From contig JBBCJC010000003.1 in the NCBI GenBank assembly GCA_037189525.1, forward strand, positions 96,001 to 160,000: a stretch of DNA of 64,000 nucleotides, in the 5' to 3' direction. Below are positions 12,679 to 23,240 of this stretch, piece by piece. The notes under the pieces were generated by a model. That model searched no databases. It saw only the letters and a list, made by a program, of their open reading frames with translations, and had not been told where the DNA came from. A program made the position numbers and the translations under genes. This DNA is from Gemmatimonadales bacterium (GTDB lineage Bacteria > Gemmatimonadota > Gemmatimonadetes > Gemmatimonadales > GWC2-71-9). How positions within the stretch are numbered: the first letter of the stretch is position 1; every line of letters starts with the position of its first letter.

Positions 12679-13563
12679 TTAATAGTCGGCCGATCGGCTT
12701 CCCGAGACAATCCCGACACGATCGAAATGCGCGTCGCGCTCGGTGGTCGCGTGCCCGCCTCGGGTAGCCGCCTTGAGTTCGGTGGCGAGTGCTTCCAGGT
12801 CGGCAACCATCTGGTCGGGATGTTCGAGCCGCGCCTCGATCCGCCGGACCAGGGCCGAGCCCGTGATGACGCCTCGAGCGCCCGCGGCGAGGGCGGAACG
12901 GACCTGCGTCGGCGTGGAGATTCCGAAGCCGACCACCGGGGGCGCCGCGCCGGCGCGGCGCAAGGCGGCCAGCCGGGTGCGCAGGTCGGCCGCCGGCGTC
13001 CGGTCGTCTCCCGTTACCCCGTCGCGCGAGGTGACATAGGTATAGCCTCGGCTCTGCCGCCCGATCTCTGCCAGGTGCGCTGGTGAGGCGTTGGGCGGCG
13101 CGATCAGGACCGCGGCAATCCCGGCCGCCGCCGCTGCCTCGGCAAATCGCTCGGCCTCGGCCAGCGGTACGTCGGCAATCAGGACGGAATCGACGCCCGC
13201 CTTGGCCGCTTCGCGATAGAAGGCGCCCACGCCGCGCCGGACCACCAGATTGGCGTACACCAGGAGTCCGATCGGCAGGTCGGGCGCGGCACGCCGCACC
13301 GTTGCGATCAGGGTAAAACAATCGGCCATGCGAACGCCCGCATCGAGCGCGCGGCGAGCCGAAGCCTGGATGACCGGTCCATCAGCCACCGGATCGGAAA
13401 ACGGCAGGCCGAGTTCGAGGGCATCGGCGCGCGCGGCGATCAGCGCAGCGAGCAGCCGCGCCGAGGTCGTCAGGTCGGGGTCTCCCAAGGTGAGGAAGGG
13501 GATGAAGGCGCCTTCACCGCGAGCAGAAAGCTGCGCAAACATGCGATCGTACCGGGTATTCAT
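12679..13563 (-). CDS. trpA: Tryptophan synthase alpha subunit
   Basis: [36 protein letters not shown]. Confidence 0.96.
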   Translation of the reverse strand: MNTRYDRMFAQLSARGEGAFIPFLTLGDPDLTTSARLLAALIAARADALELGLPFSDPVADGPVIQASARRALDAGVRMADCFTLIATVRRAAPDLPIGLLVYANLVVRRGVGAFYREAAKAGVDSVLIADVPLAEAERFAEAAAAAGIAAVLIAPPNASPAHLAEIGRQSRGYTYVTSRDGVTGDDRTPAADLRTRLAALRRAGAAPPVVGFGISTPTQVRSALAAGARGVITGSALVRRIEARLEHPDQMVADLEALATELKAATRGGHATTERDAHFDRVGIVSGSRSADY

Positions 13564-14735
13564 GCTGTCTGCTCCGAAAGCCAGCGTTGCACGGTGGCGA
13601 GGTCTTTGTCGCCTCGTCCCGAGAGATTGACCAGGATCCGCCGTCGCCGTCCGTCGGGACCGAGCCGGCGGGCCGCGGCGAGAGCGTGGGCGCTTTCGAG
13701 CGCGGGGAGAATGCCCTCTTCGCGCGCCAGGTCCTGATACGCCGCGACGGCCTGGGCGTCGTCGCAGCCGGTATAGCGAACCCGTCCGCGCTCCTGCAGG
13801 TACGCATGCTCGGGACCGACCGCGGGATAATCGAGGCCTGCCGAGATCGAGTGCGACTCGAGGATCTGTCCGTCGTCGTCCTGGAGCGCCAGCGTCAAGG
13901 CGCCGTGGAGCACGCCGACCGTGCCGCGCTGCAGGGTGGCGCCGTGGGCTTCGGTGTGCAGGCCGCGCCCGGCCGGCTCGACGCCGAGCAACTCGACCGG
14001 ATCGTCGAGGAAGGCGGTGAAGATGCCGATGGCGTTGGAGCCGCCGCCGACCGCAGCAATCACGATGTCGGGCAGTTCTCCCTCGGCCGCCAGGAACTGC
14101 TGCCTCGCCTCGTCGCCGATGACGCGCTGGAAGTCGCGCACCATGGTTGGGAACGGATGCGGCCCGGCCACGGTGCCGAGCAGGTAGTGCGTGGTATCGT
14201 AGGATGCGGACCAGTCGCGCAGGGCTTCGTTGATGGCGTCCTTGAGGGTACCGCTTCCGGTGCTGACCGGGACAACGGTTGCGCCGAAGAGACGCATCCG
14301 CTCGACGTTGGAGCGTTGCCGTTCCACGTCCTTGGCGCCCATGTAGATCACGGTTTCGAGCCCCAGCCGCGCACCGGTAAAGGCCGTCGCAACGCCGTGC
14401 TGGCCCGCGCCGGTTTCGGCAATCAGCCGGCGCTTGCCGAGCCTGCGGGCCAGCAGGCCCTGGCCCAGTGCCTGATTGGTTTTGTGGGCGCCGCCGTGCA
14501 GCAGGTCTTCGCGCTTGAGCCAGATCGCGGCTCCGACATCGGCGCCGAACCGGCGGCAGCGATAGAGCGGGGTCGGCCGTCCGGCATAGTTGGCCAGCAG
14601 GTCGGCAAGTTCGGTCTGGAAGGCCGGGTCGTCACGAAGATCGAGATAGGCCTGTTCCAGTTCTTCGAGTGCCGGCATCAAAATCTCCGGCACGAAGGTC
14701 CCTCCGTAGCTGCCGAAGCGGGTTGCGAGCTTCAT
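13560..14735 (-). CDS. trpB: Tryptophan synthase beta subunit
   Basis: [15 protein letters not shown] (PLP Lys), [33 protein letters not shown]. Confidence 0.97.
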   Translation of the reverse strand: MKLATRFGSYGGTFVPEILMPALEELEQAYLDLRDDPAFQTELADLLANYAGRPTPLYRCRRFGADVGAAIWLKREDLLHGGAHKTNQALGQGLLARRLGKRRLIAETGAGQHGVATAFTGARLGLETVIYMGAKDVERQRSNVERMRLFGATVVPVSTGSGTLKDAINEALRDWSASYDTTHYLLGTVAGPHPFPTMVRDFQRVIGDEARQQFLAAEGELPDIVIAAVGGGSNAIGIFTAFLDDPVELLGVEPAGRGLHTEAHGATLQRGTVGVLHGALTLALQDDDGQILESHSISAGLDYPAVGPEHAYLQERGRVRYTGCDDAQAVAAYQDLAREEGILPALESAHALAAARRLGPDGRRRRILVNLSGRGDKDLATVQRWLSEQTA

Positions 14736-16120
14736 GGTGCGATTCTCCGGCGATCCGGGCAGGTGCGCCGGATGGAAAAGAAGTGATCGAGCGCGGCCGC
14801 GGACTTGATGCCCGGCGAGATTTCGACGCCCGAGTTGATATCGAGAAAATCGATGCCGGTGGCGTGTGCCCGGCCGAGGTTGTCGGCGCTGAGACCTCCC
14901 GACAGCACCAGCCGTTCGATGCCAAGTTGGTTTCGGAGCGGGGTCCAGTCGAACGTCTGTCCCGTCCCGCCTCGTTTGCCGGGATGGTAGCTGTCGAGCA
15001 GCAGGCGATCCGCGCCGGGAGGAAGCGGAGGCACCGTATCGCGGATCCGAACGGCTTTCCAGATCTCGCACGACGCGGGCAATCGTTGCCTGAGCGCCAG
15101 GAGTTCCGCGTCGGTCTCTTCTCCGTGGAGTTGCACGGCCGACAGACCGATCAGATCGACGGCTTCCTCGATCCGGCGGGGCGAGTCGTTGACGAACACG
15201 CCGACCCGCGCCATCGGCGCCGCGTGGCGGAGCTCCCGCGCCATACGAAGGCTGATGCACCGCCGGGATTCAGGGGCAAAGATGAAGCCGCCATGGGTTG
15301 CGCCGGCTGCGGAGGCGGCGGCAACATCGCGGGCGCGGGTGAGCCCGCAGACCTTGGTCGATCCGTAGACGAGTTCCTTGACGGTGGCCGCGACATCGGT
15401 GGCGCGCATTGTAGCGGTGCCGATCAGATAGCCGTCGACCGTGTCGCAGAGGACCCGGACATCGTGACGAGTCCGGATGCCCGACTCCGCGATCAGGATC
15501 GCATCGGGGCCGGCAAGGTGGGCCAGGGTTCCCGTCGTCTCGAGTTTGACCTCGAGGGTGCTCAGGTTGCGGTTGTTGATGCCGATCACGCGGGCGCCGA
15601 GGTGCCGCGCCCGAATGACTTCCGCGGCGGTATGCGCCTCGGTCAGGACACCCATGGCGAGCGAGCCCGCCGCCTCGGCGCAGGCGCGGTAGGTCTGATC
15701 GTCGAGGATCGACAGCATCAGGAGAATCGCATCGGCCCCGGCGCGCCGGGCTTCATAGACCTGATACGGATCCAGGATGAAGTCCTTGCAGAGGACCGGT
15801 TGCGATACCGCCGCGCGTACCCGGGCGAGTAGGGCGTGTGAGCCGCCGAAGAAGGGGCCATCGGTCAGGACGCTGATGGCATCGGCATGCCGGGCATACG
15901 CGTCGATGGCCGGAGCCATCTCGTCGACTGCGCGCAGCTTGCCTTCCGAGGGAGAAGCCGGCTTGATCTCGAAGATGAACGCCGGCGTTCGGGCGCCGAG
16001 CGCGGCCTCGAAGTTCCGGTCGGACGGCAGCAACCCTTCGAGGAGAGTCTCGAGCGGACGCGCGGCTTGCCGAAGCGCGAGATCCCGCCGTTTGGCCGTC
16101 AGAATTGCATCAAGCGCCAT
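14732..16120 (-). CDS. trpCF: Bifunctional indole-3-glycerol-phosphate synthase/phosphoribosylanthranilate isomerase
   Basis: [28 protein letters not shown] (TrpC) followed by [27 protein letters not shown] (TrpF). Confidence 0.95.
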   Translation of the reverse strand: MALDAILTAKRRDLALRQAARPLETLLEGLLPSDRNFEAALGARTPAFIFEIKPASPSEGKLRAVDEMAPAIDAYARHADAISVLTDGPFFGGSHALLARVRAAVSQPVLCKDFILDPYQVYEARRAGADAILLMLSILDDQTYRACAEAAGSLAMGVLTEAHTAAEVIRARHLGARVIGINNRNLSTLEVKLETTGTLAHLAGPDAILIAESGIRTRHDVRVLCDTVDGYLIGTATMRATDVAATVKELVYGSTKVCGLTRARDVAAASAAGATHGGFIFAPESRRCISLRMARELRHAAPMARVGVFVNDSPRRIEEAVDLIGLSAVQLHGEETDAELLALRQRLPASCEIWKAVRIRDTVPPLPPGADRLLLDSYHPGKRGGTGQTFDWTPLRNQLGIERLVLSGGLSADNLGRAHATGIDFLDINSGVEISPGIKSAAALDHFFSIRRTCPDRRRIAP

Positions 16121-17123
16121 GGGAACACTCGATCAGGGCATCGAGATGACGGAGCGCCTGCCCACCTGCCAGGATGCCGCGCGCCGCATCGGTACCTTCG
16201 CGGAGATCCGATGCCAGACCGGCAATCCAGAGCATCGCCCCGCTGTTGAGCGCGACGGCGTCGAGATGAGCCGCCGGCGCTTGCCCGGCAAGCAACCGCC
16301 GAAGCCAGCCGGCGCCGAGTTCGGGGCTGGTGCCGGCGAGCGCATCGACTGGCGCCTCTGTACACCCCGCCATGGCCGGCGTCAGCGTGAGGCGTTCGAC
16401 CGAACCGTTGTGCAGCCGTGCCGCGGTGGTGGGGCCATGCAGTGCGATCTCGTCCATGCCCGAGCCGTGCACCACGAGCGCATCGCGGCAGCCGAGCATG
16501 CCCAGGGTCTCGGCCAGGGGAACCACGAGCCGTTCGGCGTAGACACCCATCACCTGATACTCGGGCTGCGCCGGGTTGGCGAGCGGCCCTAGCAAGTTGA
16601 ACACGGTCCGGGTTCGAAGCGTTTGCCGGACGCCGGTGGCCCGTCGGACGCCCGGGTGATACGCCGGAGCAAACAGGAAGCAGATACCCGCCTGATCCAG
16701 GCACCGCCGCGCGACGTCGGGCGTCGTTTCCAATCTGACACCGAGCGCTTCGAGCAGGTCGGCCGAGCCGCAGCGGGACGAACTGGCCCGGTTGCCATGC
16801 TTCGCGACCCGCACTCCGGCGGCCGCGGCGACGAACGCCGTAGCGGTGGAGATATTGACCGTTCCGGCGCCGTCGCCGCCGGTTCCGCAGGTATCGGCGA
16901 CCGGATAGTCGGGCTTGGGGAATCGAGCGGCGGCGCGCCGGAGCGCCAGCGCCGCGCCGGCAATCTCGGCCGGTGTTTCGCCGCGCGCCTTGAGCGCACC
17001 GAGCAGGGCGGCGATCTCGATGTCGGTGAGTTCGCCGGCGATCAGTCCGGTAAAGGCGGCGAAGCTCTCCGTCTGATCGAGGCTGCGCCGGCTCAGCGTA
17101 TCCAGCACACTAGCGGCCGACAT
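16110..17123 (-). CDS. trpD: Anthranilate phosphoribosyltransferase
   Basis: DTCGTGGDG, NISTA, KHGNRASSSRCGSADLLE. Confidence 0.96.
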   Translation of the reverse strand: MSAASVLDTLSRRSLDQTESFAAFTGLIAGELTDIEIAALLGALKARGETPAEIAGAALALRRAAARFPKPDYPVADTCGTGGDGAGTVNISTATAFVAAAAGVRVAKHGNRASSSRCGSADLLEALGVRLETTPDVARRCLDQAGICFLFAPAYHPGVRRATGVRQTLRTRTVFNLLGPLANPAQPEYQVMGVYAERLVVPLAETLGMLGCRDALVVHGSGMDEIALHGPTTAARLHNGSVERLTLTPAMAGCTEAPVDALAGTSPELGAGWLRRLLAGQAPAAHLDAVALNSGAMLWIAGLASDLREGTDAARGILAGGQALRHLDALIECSHGA

Positions 17124-17703
17124 GGGCAGCCCACCGGATCACGTTGTCGATCATCTGTCCGCCGGCCGGTGTCAGGACCGACTCGGGATGAAACTGGACC
17201 CCGAACGCCGGCGCCCCGCGATGGCTGACTGCCATCACCACATCGTCCGCCGCGGCGATCGGAGCCAGCTCGTTAGGCAGGGTTCCGGCGGCCAGCGAGT
17301 GATAGCGGCCCACCGGCGTCGGAGACGGCAGCCCCTCGAAAGGACCGGTGCCATCGTGGGTCACCCGGCTCGCCTTGCCGTGCATGGGCGCGGCGGCCCG
17401 GACGACCGTCCCGCCCAGCGCCTCGATCAGCGCCTGATGGCCGAGACAGACCCCGAGCAGGGGGATCCGACCGAGTGCGCGCCGAATGACTTCGATGGAG
17501 CAGCCCGCCTCTCGCGGATGGCCGGGGCCGGGTGAGATGACCAGCAGCGCCTTCCCGCCGGCAGCGCGGTCGAGGATCCGATCGGCGGCGACGTCGTTGC
17601 GGAAGACCGTGACCTCGGTGTCGCGCCGGGCAAACTCATCCACCAGGTTGTAGGTGAACGAATCGAAGTTGTCGAGCAGGATCACCTGGAGCGCCTCAGA
17701 CAT
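17110..17703 (-). CDS. trpG: Anthranilate synthase component II (glutamine amidotransferase)
   Basis: LDNFDSFTYNL, ISPGPG, GVCLGHQ, QFHPES. Confidence 0.95.
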   Translation of the reverse strand: MSEALQVILLDNFDSFTYNLVDEFARRDTEVTVFRNDVAADRILDRAAGGKALLVISPGPGHPREAGCSIEVIRRALGRIPLLGVCLGHQALIEALGGTVVRAAAPMHGKASRVTHDGTGPFEGLPSPTPVGRYHSLAAGTLPNELAPIAAADDVVMAVSHRGAPAFGVQFHPESVLTPAGGQMIDNVIRWAAHVGR

Positions 17704-19285
17704 GGGCCGGTACCTCCGCATGGCGGATGGCTTCGACGACTGCTCGGGCCTTGCGCCGGGTCTCGAGCGCTTCGGATGCCGGATCGGAATCCATCACGAC
17801 GCCCGCACCGGCGCGGACCCGCGCGATCCCGTCGACCACGACGGCGGAGCGAATCACGATGGCCGTTTCGAGGGTACCGTCGCTGCGCAAGTAGCCCACG
17901 CTGCCGCCGTACGCCCCCCGCCGTGAGGGCTCGACACCGCGGAGCAGTTCGGCGGCCCGAACCTTGGGGGCGCCGACCAGTGTTCCCATGTTCATGGTGG
18001 CGGCGTACGCTTCGAGGGCGTCGACCGACGGCGCGAGCGTTCCCGAGACTTCGGACACCAGGTGCATCACATGGGTGTAGCGCTCGACCTGGAGCAATCG
18101 GGTGACCGTGCGGGTGCCCGGAGCGCTGATCCGCGCGATGTCGTTCCGGGCCAGGTCGACCAGCATCAGATGCTCGGCCAGCTCCTTCTGGTCGAGCCGA
18201 AGCATCACTTCGGCGCGGACATCGGCTTCGGCGTCGAGCGCTCCCTGGGCATCGCGACCTCGGCCGACCGTGCCCGCGATGGGTGTGATCGTGGCGCGGC
18301 GGGTCGAGGCCTCGACGCGGAGACAGGTTTCGGGCGACGCGCCGAACAGCGTCCGTTCGGGGCCGCGGAGGTAGAAGAGATACGGACTCGGGTTGCGGGT
18401 CCGTAGCTGGGCATAGGCGGCCAGCGCGTCGGGACAGGGCAGCGAAAAGGTCCGGGACGGGACGATCTGATAGACGTCGCCTGCCAGGATGTGCTGCTGT
18501 AGTCGGGTTACCGTGTGCGCGTACTCCTCGTCGCTCTGATCGACGGTGGCGTCCGCATCAGTGGCGGGGCTGGAGCTTCCGTCGATTCGTTCCGAGACAC
18601 CGGCATCGGCCAGAGCGCCGACCAGCACTTCGACTGCGCGGCTGGCGTCGTGGTAGCGGGCGTCGAAGCCCGGACCTCCCCACGCGGTGGCGACCACGGT
18701 GGCGGAGGCCGTCCGATGATCGACCACGATCAGCCGATCGGGGATCCAGAACTCGAGCACCGGCTGATCGAGCGGGTCGGCTTGACCTTGCGGCAACCGT
18801 TCGAAGTAGTCGATGGCGTCGTATCCGAACGCGCCGACGAGCAAGTGCCCCCAGGGGTTCGGCGTTGCGGCCAGGTCGACGCCGAATGCCAGCGTCCGGA
18901 GCACATCGAACGCCGTGCCGTGGCGAAAGCGATCCCGCTCGTCGAGTATCTCGGCCCGGGCGGCGATCGGGACGATGAGCACGTCGCCCTCGGCGTACGC
19001 GGCGGGGTGGCGGGCTGCCACCAGCGCGAGGGCGGCCGCGCCGTTAGGCGAGAGCGGCTCGATTCGAACCGATCCGAGATCGGCCTGGATCCGGACAGCC
19101 GCGCGGACGCCGATGAGGCTGCGGTGCCCTTCGCGCTCGCTGCCGTCCGCCGATTCGAGCAGGAAGGTGTGCGGTCGCTCGCCGTCCGCAGCAAGCCGTC
19201 GATAGAGCGCCAACGGGTCGACCGCGGCGGGGAGGCGCCGGACCAGGGGCAGGATCGTACCGGCGGCTGGATCGTGCGGCGTCAC
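17696..19285 (-). CDS. trpE: Anthranilate synthase component I
   Basis: LLESA (Trp feedback site), NPSPYLFY, ASPE, KELAEHLMLVDLARND, GTLVGAPKVRA. Confidence 0.96.
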   Translation of the reverse strand: MTPHDPAAGTILPLVRRLPAAVDPLALYRRLAADGERPHTFLLESADGSEREGHRSLIGVRAAVRIQADLGSVRIEPLSPNGAAALALVAARHPAAYAEGDVLIVPIAARAEILDERDRFRHGTAFDVLRTLAFGVDLAATPNPWGHLLVGAFGYDAIDYFERLPQGQADPLDQPVLEFWIPDRLIVVDHRTASATVVATAWGGPGFDARYHDASRAVEVLVGALADAGVSERIDGSSSPATDADATVDQSDEEYAHTVTRLQQHILAGDVYQIVPSRTFSLPCPDALAAYAQLRTRNPSPYLFYLRGPERTLFGASPETCLRVEASTRRATITPIAGTVGRGRDAQGALDAEADVRAEVMLRLDQKELAEHLMLVDLARNDIARISAPGTRTVTRLLQVERYTHVMHLVSEVSGTLAPSVDALEAYAATMNMGTLVGAPKVRAAELLRGVEPSRRGAYGGSVGYLRSDGTLETAIVIRSAVVVDGIARVRAGAGVVMDSDPASEALETRRKARAVVEAIRHAEVPAHV

Positions 19286-20295
19286 AGGAACCGTCCGGCC
19301 GCTCGGGCAAAGGGCTCCAGCTCGCGCATCAGGGCGGCGAACTGCTCCGGGTAGAGCGATTGCTTACCGTCGGACAATGCGACCCGTGGATCGTGGTGCA
19401 CTTCGATCAGCAGGCCATCGGCGCCGCAGGCAATGGCCGCCTTGGCCATTGGCGCGACAAGATCCCGCACCCCGGTGCCGTGCGACGGGTCGACCAGTAC
19501 GGGAAGGTGGCTGCGGGCTTTGATGGCGGGGACGGCTGCGAGATCCAGGGTGTTGCGCGTGGTGCTGTCGAATCCCTGGATGCCCCGTTCGCACAGAATC
19601 ACATTGGGGTTCCCCTCGGCAAGGATGTACTCGGCGGCGAGGAGCAGGTCGTCGATCCGCGCGGCCATCCCGCGCTTGAGCACCACCGGCTTGCGGCGCT
19701 GGCCGAGTGCTTGGAGTAGCCGGAAGTTCTGCATGTTGCGGGCGCCGACCTGGAAGCCGTCTGCGTACTGATCGACCAGGTCGAGATCGGCCACGTCCAC
19801 GACCTCGGTCAGCGAGGGGGCGCCGAGTTCACGGGACACCTGCTGCAGGATTTCGAGCCCCTGGCGTCCGAGGCCCTGAAAGGAGTAGGGACTGGTGCGC
19901 GGCTTGAACGCGCCACCGCGGAGGGCATGCGCACCTGCCGATGTGGCGGCGGTGGCGCTCTGGCGGAAGAGCTCCGGGCCTTCGATCGAGCAGGGGCCGG
20001 CAATCACGACGATGCGATCGCCGCCGATGGCCACGCCGCCCAGATTGACGACCGTGTCGGCGGGGTGCATTTCGCGTCCGACCAGTTTGTAGGGGGCGAG
20101 GATCGGCTTGATGCTCTCCACCATGGGGTGCCCGTCGAGCTGCAGCCGCTCGAGCTCACGCTCGTCGCCCAGGGCGCCCAGCACCACCCGTTCGCTGCCC
20201 GGCATGTGGAGGGGGCGGAGTCCGAGTGACGCGATCTGTCGGATCAGTTCGTCGGCGTGGTCGGCCGATGCGTCCGGTTTGAGCACGATGATCAT
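19282..20295 (-). CDS. aroF: DAHP synthase (class I-beta, with N-terminal regulatory domain)
   Basis: IAGPCSIE, RGGAFKPRTSPYSFQG, GARNMQNF, VDPSHGTG. Confidence 0.93.
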   Translation of the reverse strand: MIIVLKPDASADHADELIRQIASLGLRPLHMPGSERVVLGALGDERELERLQLDGHPMVESIKPILAPYKLVGREMHPADTVVNLGGVAIGGDRIVVIAGPCSIEGPELFRQSATAATSAGAHALRGGAFKPRTSPYSFQGLGRQGLEILQQVSRELGAPSLTEVVDVADLDLVDQYADGFQVGARNMQNFRLLQALGQRRKPVVLKRGMAARIDDLLLAAEYILAEGNPNVILCERGIQGFDSTTRNTLDLAAVPAIKARSHLPVLVDPSHGTGVRDLVAPMAKAAIACGADGLLIEVHHDPRVALSDGKQSLYPEQFAALMRELEPFARAAGRFL

Positions 20296-20347
20296 GGCCT
20301 GCCTTTCAGGGGTTGACCCCGGGACATGCGGCAGGCTGTAAACGCAC

Positions 20348-20376
20348 AAAAGCCCACCGCGTATCGCGGTGGGCTT
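20348..20376 (-). terminator. Attenuator terminator hairpin of the trp operon
   Basis: Minus strand AAGCCCACCGC-GATAC-GCGGTGGGCTTTT, downstream of the leader peptide and upstream of aroF. Confidence 0.85.
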
Positions 20377-20408
20377 CGTCGGGTGCGATCGTTCAGTCTA
20401 CGATCGGC

Positions 20409-20483
20409 TCAAACGGATGCTCGCCCTACCGCGGATTCGCGCCAGGGCCACCACCAGAGGTTGAGCGTCACGAGCTGTTGCAT
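20409..20483 (-). CDS. trpL: trp operon leader peptide MQQLVTLNLWWWPWRESAVGRASV (24 aa)
   Basis: Manual translation; four Trp codons; antiterminator segment CGCGGTAGGGC can pair with GCCCACCGCG of the terminator 5' arm. Confidence 0.9.
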   Translation of the reverse strand: MQQLVTLNLWWWPWRESAVGRASV

Positions 20484-20489
20484 GCCTTG

Positions 20490-20519
20490 AGTATAGACCT
20501 TGGGCCAGCGGCCGGTCAA
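20490..20519 (-). promoter_or_regulatory. Sigma70 promoter of the trp operon (leaderless transcript)
   Basis: Minus strand TTGACC-18 nt-TATACT-CAAGGC-ATG(trpL). Confidence 0.75.
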
Positions 20520-21679
20520 GGGCGTCCGGCGCGGCGCAGGACGGGCTCCAGAACCGCGAAGAGCCGATCGATCTCGTGGGCTTCGTTGTAAACGTGCGGG
20601 GTGATGCGCAGCGTGCCGCCGCCGCGGACGCTGACGTAGACCCGTTCGGACGCCAATTGCTCAGCAAGCGATTCCGATGTGGCCGGCATCCGGAGCGACA
20701 GGTAGTGCGGGGCCCGCAACCGCGCCGAAACGGCTGTGGCGCCGAGCGCTTCCGCGCGGGCGAGGATGGCGGCGTTGTAGGCGCCGATCGTTTCGGACAG
20801 GTTGGCGACGCCCCATGTGAGGATCTGCTCGACCGCGGCCACGGCCGGCGGGATCAGCGCGAAGTTGGCGGGCTCTCCCATGTCGTACCGCCGCGCGCCG
20901 GGCTGGAACGCTTCGGGATAGCCGAGCAGGGCGCTGAAGTTTTCGGAACCGGCGCGGCCGAACCAGTGCTGTTCCAGCGGGGTGCCCTGCTGGCGGCGCG
21001 GCGCCACATAGAGGAGCCCGATGCTGTAAGGTCCCAGCAGCCACTTGTAGCACGCGGCAACCAGAAAATCGGGATCGACCGCCGCAAGATCGAAGGGCAT
21101 CACGCCGAGCGACTGGGTCAGGTCGAGCACCAGAGCGGCGCCCACCTGATCGAGGCGGGACCGGATCGCGCTCAGGTCGAGCCGGACGCCGTCGATCCAG
21201 TGGCAGGCCGGCAGCGCAGCAACCGCCGTGCGGTCGTCGATGGCGGAGAGGACCGCGGCGGTCCAGTCGTCATCGGCGGGGCGGGGGATAGTGACCAGTT
21301 CGGCGCCCGCCTGCTGTGCCCGGCTCCGCCAGGTCAGAATGGTCGAGGGAAACTCCTCGGCCAGCACCAGGACCCGTTGGCCCGGGCCGAGCGGCAGATT
21401 GGCCGCGGCGGTCGCCATACCGTAGCTCGCGGCCGGGACGATGGCCAGGTCATCGGCCGTCGCGGGCGCGCCGAGCAGCCGGGCAAAGGCGGTTCGGCCG
21501 CGGTCCGCTGTGGCAAAGAAATCGGCCGGGACGACTTCCCACGGCCGCTGTTTGGCGTCGATCCCGTCCCTTCCGGCCTGGGCAACCTGCCGGGACAGCG
21601 GGGACATATAGGCGCAATTCAGGTAGGTCACGTCGTGCGGCAGGTCGAACAGGTGTCGCGCCGAGGAGATCATTGTCAT
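20516..21679 (-). CDS. Aminotransferase class V PLP enzyme (cysteine desulfurase/kynureninase-like)
   Basis: YLNCAYMSPL, LDLTQSLG, ACYKWLLGPYSIG, LRITPHVYN. Confidence 0.88.
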   Translation of the reverse strand: MTMISSARHLFDLPHDVTYLNCAYMSPLSRQVAQAGRDGIDAKQRPWEVVPADFFATADRGRTAFARLLGAPATADDLAIVPAASYGMATAAANLPLGPGQRVLVLAEEFPSTILTWRSRAQQAGAELVTIPRPADDDWTAAVLSAIDDRTAVAALPACHWIDGVRLDLSAIRSRLDQVGAALVLDLTQSLGVMPFDLAAVDPDFLVAACYKWLLGPYSIGLLYVAPRRQQGTPLEQHWFGRAGSENFSALLGYPEAFQPGARRYDMGEPANFALIPPAVAAVEQILTWGVANLSETIGAYNAAILARAEALGATAVSARLRAPHYLSLRMPATSESLAEQLASERVYVSVRGGGTLRITPHVYNEAHEIDRLFAVLEPVLRRAGRP

Positions 21680-21847
21680 CCTGGAAACGTAACGACCACG
21701 GGGTCCGGAACTTAGACCGCTCCGAGACCCGAAACTTCTCCGATTCAGCAAACGTCCTGCGTGGTGCGTATTGGAAGGCAGTCGGTCGGCCATGCGGGCG
21801 ATGGTTGCCTTGACCTGCTTCCGGCCGCACTTTTGGAACCGTCTCCT

Positions 21848-23236
21848 ATGCATCAGTTCTTCTTTGCGGCCCTGGTCCAGGCGGCGGCATCTCTTGGCAC
21901 CTCCGCCGTCGATCCCGGCCGACTCCCGGCGCTCGTCGACAGCCTGGCCGCGCGCGAACTCCGCGCGGGGCCCACGGCCGGCGTGTCCGTTGCCGTGATG
22001 CAGGGCGGTGCGGTGCTCTTTGCCCGCGGGTACGGGTATGCAGACCTCGAGAACCCGGCAGCGGTCAGCGTCGAAACCATCTTCAAGGTCGGGTCCGTCA
22101 CCAAGCAGGTCACCACAGTCCTGCTGGGCCAGCTGGTCGATCAGGGCAAGGTCGACCTCGACGCCGATGTCCGGACCTATCTTCCCGACGCGCCGACCAA
22201 CGGTCGTCCGGTCACGATTGCCCAGTTGCTCAACCACACCTCGGGCATCCGGAGCTTCACCAATCTCGGGCAGGCTGTTTCCCGTGACAGCTTCAGGCTC
22301 GACCTGACGACCGACCGGCTGATCGGTCTGCTTCGCAACGTGCCGCCCGATTTCGAACCAGGTACCTCCTGGCAGTACAACAACACCGGGTATCTGATCG
22401 CGGGGATGCTGGTCGAAAAGATCACCGGGATGTCGCTCGCGGAGGTGCTCGCCCGTCAGATCACAGGCCCGCTCGGCCTGACTAGAACTTCATGGTGTGA
22501 TGAGCGGGCCGTGGTCCCGAATCGGGCCAAGGGATATCGCCGGACCGCCGCGGGTTTCGAGCGCGCGGTCGGTGAGTCGATGTGGATCCCGCGTGGCGCG
22601 GGGGCCTTGTGTTCGACTCCGCTCGACCTGGTCCGATTTCGGGATGCCCTGGCCAAGGGGAAGCTCCTGTCCCGCGCCACCTATGAGCGGATGATCACGC
22701 CGGCTCTGCTGGCCGACGGCTGGAAGACCAACTACGGTTACGGGGTTGCGGTCTATCACCTCGGCCCCCATCGCATCATCCGGCACGGGGGCACGATCAC
22801 CGGATTTCAGGCCAACCTCCTGTATGTGCCCGAGCGGGACCTCGTCGTCAGCGTACTGGCGAACACCATGGGGTCGGATCCGGTTGGCCTTTCCGACGGG
22901 ATCGTCGCCGGGGTGCTCGGTACGGCCGTGCCCGCCGTCGCCGAACAGCCGTTGCCGGCCAGTCGTCGAGCGGCCATCGTGGGTCGCTACCGATTGGCCA
23001 CAACGGTGTTCGAGGTGAAGGAAGAAGAAGGTCGCCTGCTGATCGGACGGGGCGGCGCGAACTGGAGCCGCCTGGCCTGGCAGGGCGACGATCGCTTCCT
23101 CGCGCTTGGTGGGCAAGCGTTCGGGTCCTATGGCCAGAGTCCGCTGCTCCGCCTGACGGGGAGCTCCGGTCGGAGTTCGGGTCTCGAGCTCGACCATCCG
23201 GTCGATGGTGTGTTGCGCGGTCAACGGGTGGAGTGA
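21848..23236 (+). CDS. Serine hydrolase, beta-lactamase class C/AmpC-like, secreted
   Basis: GSVTK (SxxK), LLNHTSG, YNN (YxN), HGG. Confidence 0.9.
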   Translation: MHQFFFAALVQAAASLGTSAVDPGRLPALVDSLAARELRAGPTAGVSVAVMQGGAVLFARGYGYADLENPAAVSVETIFKVGSVTKQVTTVLLGQLVDQGKVDLDADVRTYLPDAPTNGRPVTIAQLLNHTSGIRSFTNLGQAVSRDSFRLDLTTDRLIGLLRNVPPDFEPGTSWQYNNTGYLIAGMLVEKITGMSLAEVLARQITGPLGLTRTSWCDERAVVPNRAKGYRRTAAGFERAVGESMWIPRGAGALCSTPLDLVRFRDALAKGKLLSRATYERMITPALLADGWKTNYGYGVAVYHLGPHRIIRHGGTITGFQANLLYVPERDLVVSVLANTMGSDPVGLSDGIVAGVLGTAVPAVAEQPLPASRRAAIVGRYRLATTVFEVKEEEGRLLIGRGGANWSRLAWQGDDRFLALGGQAFGSYGQSPLLRLTGSSGRSSGLELDHPVDGVLRGQRVE

Positions 23237-23240
23237 GCGG

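Noticed and set aside
12679..12760. C-terminal extension of TrpA as a functional domain
   Set aside because: About 25 aa with no motif; most likely stop-codon drift.
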